A stretch of DNA of 64,000 nt, taken from contig CAZEFF010000005.1 in the NCBI GenBank assembly GCA_964511315.1, forward strand, positions 159 through 64,158, written 5' to 3'. Positions 57,491 to 64,000 of this stretch are shown piece by piece. The translations under genes and the position numbers were made by a program. Position 1 is the first letter of the stretch, and each line of letters begins with the position of its first letter. The DNA is from an uncultured bacterium (GTDB lineage Bacteria > Omnitrophota > Omnitrophia > Omnitrophales > Aquincolibacteriaceae). The notes below the pieces were generated by a model. It was not told where the DNA came from. It made no database searches and saw nothing but the letters and a program-made list of their open reading frames with translations.

Positions 57491-57940
57491 TTAGAACGGA
57501 ACTTCGTCTTCGCCCGAACTTTGATGCGCGGCGCCCTTTGCAGGAGGCATTTCAGAACCTTCATCTCCCATATCGGGTTCCATCATTGCGGCTTCTTCTC
57601 CGCGGGGCGCTCGAGATAAAAATTGTACGTTTTGAGCTATCACTTCAATGGTAGAACGCTTACTTCCATCTTGCGCTTCCCAACTGCGGCTCTGCAGGCG
57701 CCCTTCCACAAAAACCGGGCTGCCCTTTTTCAAGTATTCGTTGCAAACTTCAGCGCGCTTGGCCCAAACCACAACACGGATAAAAGCGACTTCTTCTTTC
57801 TTTTCACCGCTCTGAGACATATAGGTGCGGTTTACTGCGACTGAAAAACTGCACACCGCCTGCCCGGAAGGAATATAACGCAATTCGGGATCACGCGTTA
57901 AATTTCCCATCAATAAAACTTTATTGAAGCTGGCTGCCAT
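57491..57940 (-). CDS. ssb: Single-stranded DNA-binding protein SSB
   Basis: 149 aa; OB-fold N-terminus (NKVLLMGNLTRDPELRY), Gly/Pro-rich linker, acidic C-terminal tip DEVPF. Confidence 0.92.
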   Translation of the reverse strand: MAASFNKVLLMGNLTRDPELRYIPSGQAVCSFSVAVNRTYMSQSGEKKEEVAFIRVVVWAKRAEVCNEYLKKGSPVFVEGRLQSRSWEAQDGSKRSTIEVIAQNVQFLSRAPRGEEAAMMEPDMGDEGSEMPPAKGAAHQSSGEDEVPF

Positions 57941-57952
57941 AAATTCCTTCGA

Positions 57953-58315
57953 TTAATGAGCTGCTGCGGGCTGGGCTTTGGACTGAACAGCAGGTTTGGG
58001 CGCGGAAACTTTTTTCACTTTTACCGGGCGCACATCTTTAACCGTGATCATATACTTCAGCAAATCTTCCTGAAGTTCCAGGGCTTTTCGTAATTCGTTG
58101 GCTTTAATGCTATCAAGCTGAAAGTTAACTCCCCATAAAGCGCCTTCACGGAATTTCTTTAAGGGATAGCCAAGAGGCTTGCGGCCAAGCTCAAGCTTCT
58201 CGGTAACAACACCGCCAAATTTTTTTACACATTCCTCTACACGGTCCACTTGAGTTTTTTGGACCTCAGGCGTCGCATCCGGCGATAAAATAAATAAACC
58301 TTCGTATAATTTCAC
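57953..58315 (-). CDS. rpsF: 30S ribosomal protein S6
   Basis: 120 aa; MKLYEGLFILSPD N-terminus characteristic of S6; heads the rpsF-ssb-rpsR-rplI cluster. Confidence 0.9.
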   Translation of the reverse strand: MKLYEGLFILSPDATPEVQKTQVDRVEECVKKFGGVVTEKLELGRKPLGYPLKKFREGALWGVNFQLDSIKANELRKALELQEDLLKYMITVKDVRPVKVKKVSAPKPAVQSKAQPAAAH

Positions 58316-58408
58316 TGAAATTCTCCTTGTCTACAAATTTGAGGGAATCAATGTAACATAAAAGCGTTTAGCAAGCAAGGAATGTTTTTGAATGTAAATC
58401 ATTATATA

Positions 58409-58999
58409 TCAATGATTTACGATATTCATTACCTCGCCGATTGGGCGCGTAATCCACCGCCGGCAAGCCTCCGCCGCTTCACTTAAAAAATCAGGAAGCT
58501 CTTTACGCTCAGCCGAGCTGAAACGTTTGAGCACAAATGCCTCAAGAGGCATATCTCCTTGAGGGCGTCCGGTATTTTTGGAATCTTCAGGTCCGATCCC
58601 AACGCGCAGCCTGGCATAGCCTGAAGTCTGAAGATTAGCCTCAACAGATTTGAGCCCATTGTGCCCGCCGGCACTTCCTTTCGCGCGCAGCCTTAAACTT
58701 TTATAAGGAAGCGCGACTTCATCCACAACAAGAAGCAGCTCGTTCTCCGGTTTAACCGAAAAATGTTTTACCAGCAGCGCAACGGTTTCACCGGAAAGAT
58801 TCATAAAAACTTCCGGATACGCCAAAATCACTTCTTGCCCTTCAATATTTGCTTTAACCAGAGAGGCTTTTAATTTGCCTTTGTGAGAAAAACGGAGAGA
58901 ATTTTCGCGGGCAATTTGCTCAACCACTAAGCGGCCGGCATTATGCCGGGTCTCGGAATATTCCAATCCAGGATTTCCGAGCCCGACAATAAGCCGCAT
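58409..58999 (-). CDS. pth: Peptidyl-tRNA hydrolase Pth
   Basis: 196 aa; MRLIVGLGNPGLEYSETRHNAG with catalytic His; Pth fold. Confidence 0.92.
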   Translation of the reverse strand: MRLIVGLGNPGLEYSETRHNAGRLVVEQIARENSLRFSHKGKLKASLVKANIEGQEVILAYPEVFMNLSGETVALLVKHFSVKPENELLLVVDEVALPYKSLRLRAKGSAGGHNGLKSVEANLQTSGYARLRVGIGPEDSKNTGRPQGDMPLEAFVLKRFSSAERKELPDFLSEAAEACRRWITRPIGEVMNIVNH

Positions 59000-59011
59000 A
59001 CAAATACCGTG

Positions 59012-59722
59012 TTATTTCTTTTCAGGAGCAGCCGGGGCTTTCTTTTCAGCGGCCGGTGCAGCAGCACCTTCTTCACCTTCAGCAGGTTTTTTGCCTTTTT
59101 CAATAACTTCAGGCTGAGTCGCTTCCCCTTCAGCCGCGGCAGGTTCTTCTTCCTTCGCAGGCGGATGGATCGCAACAACCACTTCATCAGGAGATAATTT
59201 CACCGAAATCCCTTGCGCCAACACAAGATCTTTCACATGAATCGCGTCATTGATCTTCATGTCTTTCACATTGACTTCGATTTTATCGGGAATCTGCGTC
59301 GGCAGACATTCAATTTCAATTTCATGATGAACAATGTCAAGCACTCCGCCTTCCTTGATGCCTGCAGCTTCTTCAGCGTGCGAGACGGTCAAGTGAACCT
59401 TAACTGTGATCTTTTCGGTCAGCGAAATGACCGTAAAATCCACGTGTTCTACCTTGTCGGAAACAGGATGATGCTGCATTTCCTTAATCAGACAGGTCGA
59501 CTCTTTAAGTTTCACGCCTTCAACGTCTAAGTTAATCAGCACGTTTTCTCCGGCTTTTGTATGAAGCGCGGACAGAAAATCGCGGTAATTAACTTCAACC
59601 GCGAGGGGTTTCATGCCGTGCCCGTACAAAATCGCCGGAAGCGCGCCGCGGCGGCGGGAATCTTTCGATCCCTGTTTTCCGAGTTTAGTTCTTGGTTTTG
59701 CTTGAAGTTTCATTGTTTCCAT
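59012..59722 (-). CDS. rplY: 50S ribosomal protein L25/general stress protein Ctc (long form with acidic/Ala/Pro/Lys-rich tail)
   Basis: 236 aa; L25 beta-barrel N-terminus (KLQAKPRTKLGKQGSKDSRRRGALPAILYG), Ctc-type C-domain, low-complexity tail AAAPAAEKKAPAAPEKK. Confidence 0.88.
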   Translation of the reverse strand: METMKLQAKPRTKLGKQGSKDSRRRGALPAILYGHGMKPLAVEVNYRDFLSALHTKAGENVLINLDVEGVKLKESTCLIKEMQHHPVSDKVEHVDFTVISLTEKITVKVHLTVSHAEEAAGIKEGGVLDIVHHEIEIECLPTQIPDKIEVNVKDMKINDAIHVKDLVLAQGISVKLSPDEVVVAIHPPAKEEEPAAAEGEATQPEVIEKGKKPAEGEEGAAAPAAEKKAPAAPEKK

Positions 59723-59763
59723 TTTATTTCTCCTCTTTCGATGAATTACGCTCTTCGCGTATC

Positions 59764-60732
59764 TTAGGCTTCAACGCCAACTTGTGAAAATAAAGCGCTT
59801 ACGGATTCATTGCGGTGAATGCGCGTAATCGCGTCTGCTAATAAATGCGCTACGGAAATCTGATGAATTTTTTCAATCTGTTTTTCAGGAGCCATCGGAA
59901 TTGAATTTGTCACAATCAATTCTCTGATCACTGATTTTGCAACACGTTCAATCGCGGCGCCGGCCAAAACAGGGTGAACTACCGCGGCATAAATATCAAG
60001 CGCGCCCGCGTCTTTTAAAGCGCTAGCGGCTTCAACAAGGGATCCGGCCGTGGAGGAAAGATCATCCACAATCACAACATTCTTACCGTCAACTTCCCCG
60101 ATAATATTCATGACATGTGTTTTATTGGCATCTTCACGGCGTTTGTCTACCACGGCAAAGGATGACTCTAATAATTTTGAGTACGCGCGCGCCATGCGGA
60201 TTCCGCCGACATCCGGTGAAACAACAACCAGGTTCTTAAGTTTCTTTTTCTTTAAATAATCCGCCACTGTATTAATTGAATAAAGATGATCCACAGGAAT
60301 ATCAAAAAATCCCTGAATTTGGCCCGCGTGGAGGTCCATCGTAAGCACGCGGTCAGCGCCGGCTTTTGTGATCAAATTCGCGACCAGTTTTGCCGTAATC
60401 GGAACACGCGGCTTATCTTTACGGTCCTGACGCGCGTAGCCGAAAAAGGGAAGAACAGCCGTAATCCGCTTCGCGGAAGCGCGGCGGGCCGCATCAATCA
60501 AAATTAAAAGCTCCATCAAATTATCATTCGGCGGTGTGCATGTGGACTGAATAATAAAGACATCTTTGCCGCGGATATTTTCGCGGATCTGCACTTGAAT
60601 TTCACCTTCTGGGAAACGCGCGCAAAGAACGTCCGCGGGCGCTGTTCCAAGGTGTTCAGCGATTTCGCGTACCAACTCAGGATTTGAATTTCCGCCCAGC
60701 ACTACCAGCGTCGGGCTTACTTCAATCTTCAT
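59764..60732 (-). CDS. prs: Ribose-phosphate pyrophosphokinase (PRPP synthetase) Prs
   Basis: 322 aa; PRPP-binding loop VVSPDVGGIRMARA and DDLSSTAGSL (type I PRTase motif). Confidence 0.92.
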   Translation of the reverse strand: MKIEVSPTLVVLGGNSNPELVREIAEHLGTAPADVLCARFPEGEIQVQIRENIRGKDVFIIQSTCTPPNDNLMELLILIDAARRASAKRITAVLPFFGYARQDRKDKPRVPITAKLVANLITKAGADRVLTMDLHAGQIQGFFDIPVDHLYSINTVADYLKKKKLKNLVVVSPDVGGIRMARAYSKLLESSFAVVDKRREDANKTHVMNIIGEVDGKNVVIVDDLSSTAGSLVEAASALKDAGALDIYAAVVHPVLAGAAIERVAKSVIRELIVTNSIPMAPEKQIEKIHQISVAHLLADAITRIHRNESVSALFSQVGVEA

Positions 60733-60756
60733 AAATACTCCTCACCTTACGGCGGT

Positions 60757-62004
60757 TTACTTTTTTAAAGACTTGGCGGGCACTCCGGCCACCACGTCCC
60801 CTTTTTTAACTTTTGTTCCCGCAATTACGACACTGCCCGCGCCTGTTCTCGCATTATCTCCAACTGAAACCGGCGCCACAAAAACAGTATTAGAACCCAC
60901 CAAAACTTTTTTCCCGATGCGGGTTTGATGTTTATGCTTCCCATCATAATTAGCGGTAATGGTTCCAGCCCCAATATTACTTCCATCACCAACCACCGCA
61001 TCGCCTAAGTAAGCCAAATGTTTGGCTAAAACTTTTTTCCCCACTTTTGAACGGGACACTTCCACAAAACTGCCGATCACCGACTCATTACCGATATCGG
61101 CACCCTTGCGGAGTTTTGCGAAAGGTCCAATCTCGCACTTAGATCCAATCCGCACACCTGATTCGATGTAGGTGCAGGGATAAATCACGGTATCCTGCCC
61201 GATTTTTACTCCGGGCGCGATAAACGTTGTTTCCGGAGAAACAACGGTCACTCCGTTTTCCTGGTGAAACACAATTTCGCGTTTATTCATCACTTGAATT
61301 CCTGAGGCTAAATCAACACGGGAATTAATCCCCTGGCCCTCTTCCGCGGAAGCAAACGGAAAAGCTTCTATTTTATCTCCTTGCCCCGCCAAGACCTCAA
61401 TCGCATCAGTTAAATAAAATTCCTGCTTCGCGTTCGCTGGCTTTATTTTTTTTAACGCGGCAAAAAGCGCCTTGCAGTCAAAAAGATAAATGCCGGTATT
61501 CACTTCTTGAATGCGGCGTTCTTGTTCCGACGCGTCCAGTTCTTCACGAATCGCGTAAAACTTTCCGCCGGCCCGAAGAATTCTGCCGTAACTTTTCGGC
61601 TCAGGCCGCAGCGCGGAAAGAACACTGGCTTTGGCATTTGATTTTTCATGCGCTTCGATAAACGCCTGTAACGTTTCGCGCCTCACAAGCGGCATATCTC
61701 CCGGCCAAATCAAAAGCATTCCGGAACGGTTTTTATAAAGAGGCGCGGCCATCATCACCGCGTGCCCCGTTCCTTTTTGCTGCTTTTGCAGAACGCAGGA
61801 AAAATGTTTACCGCGTTTTTCTAAGAAAGATCGAACCTGCTCCGCGCCGGCACCAATAACCACCGCCGGACGTTTAACTTTTACCGATTCCAAAGTATCC
61901 AGGACATGAGCAAGCATGGGCTGACCCAATAACTCATGCAGAACCTTCGGGATTTCAGAACGCATGCGCGTTCCCTTGCCCGCGGCAAGGACAAGCGCTT
62001 CCAT
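60757..62004 (-). CDS. glmU: Bifunctional GlmU-like UDP-N-acetylglucosamine pyrophosphorylase/GlcN-1-P N-acetyltransferase (short form)
   Basis: 415 aa; N-terminal nucleotidyltransferase LAAGKGTRMRS; C-terminal left-handed beta-helix hexapeptide repeats; upstream of prs as in the gcaD/glmU-prs-ctc-pth arrangement. Confidence 0.8.
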   Translation of the reverse strand: MEALVLAAGKGTRMRSEIPKVLHELLGQPMLAHVLDTLESVKVKRPAVVIGAGAEQVRSFLEKRGKHFSCVLQKQQKGTGHAVMMAAPLYKNRSGMLLIWPGDMPLVRRETLQAFIEAHEKSNAKASVLSALRPEPKSYGRILRAGGKFYAIREELDASEQERRIQEVNTGIYLFDCKALFAALKKIKPANAKQEFYLTDAIEVLAGQGDKIEAFPFASAEEGQGINSRVDLASGIQVMNKREIVFHQENGVTVVSPETTFIAPGVKIGQDTVIYPCTYIESGVRIGSKCEIGPFAKLRKGADIGNESVIGSFVEVSRSKVGKKVLAKHLAYLGDAVVGDGSNIGAGTITANYDGKHKHQTRIGKKVLVGSNTVFVAPVSVGDNARTGAGSVVIAGTKVKKGDVVAGVPAKSLKK

Positions 62005-62006
62005 AT

Positions 62007-62888
62007 TTATCCTTTAATGCCCGCCAGCTTGATTCCTTCAACAAAGAACCGCTGGTTAAAAATAAATACTATCAGAATCGGAAGCATCATCAGCACCGAC
62101 GCAGCCATTAAGAGCGTCCAATCCGTATGATGCAGGCTCTGAAAATATGCGAGCCCAACCGGCAAAGTATATTTTTCGTGAGTGTTAATCACGATCAAAG
62201 GCCACATAAAATTGACCCAGGATCCCATAAATGTAAACGTTGTCAGAGTCGCGAGCGCGGGCTTTGACAAAGGCAGAATAATCCGCCAGAAAATTCCAAT
62301 ATAATTGCAGCCGTCAATTTTCGCGGCATCTTCGAGCTCTTTCGGCAGCGTGAGGAAAAACTGCCTTAACATAAATGTTCCGTACGCGGTAAAAATACCC
62401 GGAAGGATCATCGCTTTGTAGGTATCTACCCATCCGAGATACCGAAGCAGGATAAAAACCGGAATCATTGTTACAGCTCCCGGAATCATCATAGTCGCTA
62501 AATATCCAAAAAATAGTTTATCACGTCCGGGAAACTGCAGCCGCGCAAACGCGTAAGCCGCCATAGCGCTTGTCGCCACTTGCCCAAAAGTCACGCAAAC
62601 CGTCACAAAAATCGTATTTAAATAAAACTTCCCGAACGGAACCACCTGCCAAACCTTAACGTAATTCTGCCAAACAAATTTTGTCGGAATCCAGGCTTCC
62701 CACCACTGCTGATGGGCGCTAAAAACATCCCCTGGATTTTTAAGCGACGTGGCCACCATCCAAAGAAACGGAGCAATCATCGTAATCGCGCCGATACTCA
62801 AAACTACATAGGAAAGAAAGCTCCAGAAAGCGTTTTTTATCCGCTGCTGTCTTTTCATTTTTTCAATGGCGGTCTTGCTGTCTGACAC
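62007..62888 (-). CDS. Carbohydrate ABC transporter permease (MalG/UgpE-like)
   Basis: 293 aa; six TM; EAA loop motif ELEDAAKIDGC...ILP. Confidence 0.85.
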   Translation of the reverse strand: MSDSKTAIEKMKRQQRIKNAFWSFLSYVVLSIGAITMIAPFLWMVATSLKNPGDVFSAHQQWWEAWIPTKFVWQNYVKVWQVVPFGKFYLNTIFVTVCVTFGQVATSAMAAYAFARLQFPGRDKLFFGYLATMMIPGAVTMIPVFILLRYLGWVDTYKAMILPGIFTAYGTFMLRQFFLTLPKELEDAAKIDGCNYIGIFWRIILPLSKPALATLTTFTFMGSWVNFMWPLIVINTHEKYTLPVGLAYFQSLHHTDWTLLMAASVLMMLPILIVFIFNQRFFVEGIKLAGIKG

Positions 62889-62901
62889 GGTCTAGCTCCT
62901 A

Positions 62902-63813
62902 TTAATGGTAATGCACTTGTTTGCCGAACACGCGCCACTGTCCGAGCGTGAATACGAACACAACGATAAAAAGAACCCAAGCAATCGACGCAGCATAACC
63001 CATTTTGTACCACTGAAACGCGTTGTTATACAGATAGTAAATAATCGTGGTGGTTGAACCGTTCGGTCCGCCGCCGGTCATAATATACGCGGGATCAAAC
63101 CCGGCTTGAAATCCGCCGATGATACTCATGATCGCGATAAAAAATGTTGTCGGAGAAATCTGCGGCCATGTGACTGCCCAAAATTTCTGCCAGGGATTTG
63201 CTCCATCCACTTCCGCCGCGTCATAAAGATCGCGAGGGACACCCTGCAAAGCCGCGAGATAAAGAATCATATTAGCTCCGCCGACTTGCTGCCATACGCC
63301 CATAATAATCAAGGCGGGCTTGGCCCAAACTTCATCCGTAAGCCAATTGGGCCCCTTCAGCGGGACATGAATAATGTCGCCAAACTTCGCGATCATGGCG
63401 TTAAAAAGTCCGAACTCCGGATTATAAATCAACCGCCACAGCATAAAGATCGCAACGCCGGAACAAAGTGTGGGTAAAAAATAAACGGTTCGAAAAAAAA
63501 TAATCCCTTTGAGCTTTTGGTTCATCGCCAGCGCTAGAATCAAAGACCCCGCCATACTAATCGGAATGGCGAGCATTAAATAAACCGTGTTCCAGCAATA
63601 TTTCCAAAAATACGGATCCGTGAGCAGATCCGTAAAATTTGACAAACCCGCAAATTTCGGCGGCCAGGAGAGCAAATCCCAGCGCACAAAGCTTAGAGCA
63701 AGCGACGCTAATACAGGCAGTGATGTAAAAATCAAAAAGCCCAACAAGTTGGGCAGCAAAAACCCGTATCCCGCGATCGTATCGGTTAATTCAGTTTTTG
63801 TTAATTTTCTCAT
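62902..63813 (-). CDS. Carbohydrate ABC transporter permease (MalF/UgpA-like)
   Basis: Six TM; EAA-type motif DAAEVDGANPWQKFW. Start taken as ATG at 63813 (ATGA overlap with the clpX stop); GTG at 63828 is an alternative. Confidence 0.8.
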   Translation of the reverse strand: MRKLTKTELTDTIAGYGFLLPNLLGFLIFTSLPVLASLALSFVRWDLLSWPPKFAGLSNFTDLLTDPYFWKYCWNTVYLMLAIPISMAGSLILALAMNQKLKGIIFFRTVYFLPTLCSGVAIFMLWRLIYNPEFGLFNAMIAKFGDIIHVPLKGPNWLTDEVWAKPALIIMGVWQQVGGANMILYLAALQGVPRDLYDAAEVDGANPWQKFWAVTWPQISPTTFFIAIMSIIGGFQAGFDPAYIMTGGGPNGSTTTIIYYLYNNAFQWYKMGYAASIAWVLFIVVFVFTLGQWRVFGKQVHYH

Positions 63814-64000
63814 GCCGATTTTTCCCACTCATTGCTTCGAATCAGGGCCGGTGCTTCTTTCCCCTCGACCACTTCGCGCGTAATGAGGCATTCGACGACA
63901 TTCGTTTCAGAGGGCACTTCGTACATCACATCCAGCATAATGGTTTCTAAAATCGAGCGGAGCGCGCGGGCTCCTGTGCCTTTACGGACGGCGCGGTGCG
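63810..64000 (-). CDS. clpX: ATP-dependent Clp protease ATP-binding subunit ClpX, C-terminal fragment (gene continues beyond window end)
   Basis: My translation of the minus strand gives ...TGARALRSILETIMLDVMYEVPSETNVVECLITREVVEGKEAPALIRSNEWEKSA*, matching the conserved ClpX C-terminus (GARGLRSI..LLD.MY.LPS). Confidence 0.75.
   Translation of the reverse strand, partial: HRAVRKGTGARALRSILETIMLDVMYEVPSETNVVECLITREVVEGKEAPALIRSNEWEKSA

Noticed and set aside
63587-63883. 98-aa plus-strand ORF at the permease/clpX junction
   Set aside because: Antisense to the permease N-terminus and to the clear ClpX C-terminus that I translated on the minus strand.
1-64000. Mobile elements, CRISPR arrays, prophage or defense islands
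   Set aside because: No direct-repeat arrays, no transposase/integrase other than the housekeeping Xer recombinase, and no toxin-antitoxin or restriction-like ORFs. Gene content and strand bias are those of a conserved core region.

Overview
This 64 kb window is a gene-dense bacterial chromosomal segment of about 50% GC. Almost every gene lies on the minus strand, many with 1-4 nt stop/start overlaps, so the window is mostly long co-directional operons. The content is core housekeeping of a diderm, LPS-producing organism.

The gene blocks, read in transcription order, are:
- A late lipid A/Kdo cluster: waaA, lpxK, an LpxL-like acyltransferase fused to an ELM1/DUF1022 domain, and a GT4 glycosyltransferase that runs off the window start.
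- xerC/D-family recombinase and topA.
- dprA, then the shikimate operon aroB-aroK-aroC-(prepilin peptidase)-aroE, fused into leuA-ilvC-ilvN-ilvB.
- nadC-uvrB.
- A small plus-strand envelope module: YdbH-domain protein, YnbE, YdbL and a secreted protein.
- An SDR, an orphan receiver protein and a small basic protein.
- Periplasmic sodC, maf, valS, cimA.
- A threonine cluster hom-thrC-(phosphoglycerate-mutase-like protein in the thrB position)-lysC.
- msbA-like exporter, a Gfo/Idh/MocA oxidoreductase coupled to lpxB.
- A nitrogen module: GAF/sigma-54 activator, glnB, type III glutamine synthetase.
- A very long minus-strand run: clpX(partial)-permease-permease-glmU-prs-rplY-pth-rpsF-ssb-rpsR-rplI-dnaB-bamA-skp-lpxC/fabZ fusion-lpxA-lpxI.

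I found no rRNA, tRNA, CRISPR, transposase, integrase island or recognisable defense or toxin system.

The most interesting local signals are:
- A ThiS-like ubiquitin-fold domain plus a Lys/Ala/Pro-rich linker fused in frame to the N-terminus of topoisomerase I.
- The LpxL-ELM1 fusion.
- A phosphoglycerate-mutase-family protein in place of thrB.
- An excellent sigma-54 promoter (TGGCAT-N5-TTGCAT) upstream of glnB.
- Recurrent Lys/Ala-rich or Gly/Arg-rich tails on housekeeping proteins (IlvC, IlvN, L25, S18, TopA linker).
- A consensus sigma-70 promoter driving a secreted esterase-like gene at the head of the ilv-leu operon.
- A 36-codon ORF that exactly fills the aroB-dprA gap.
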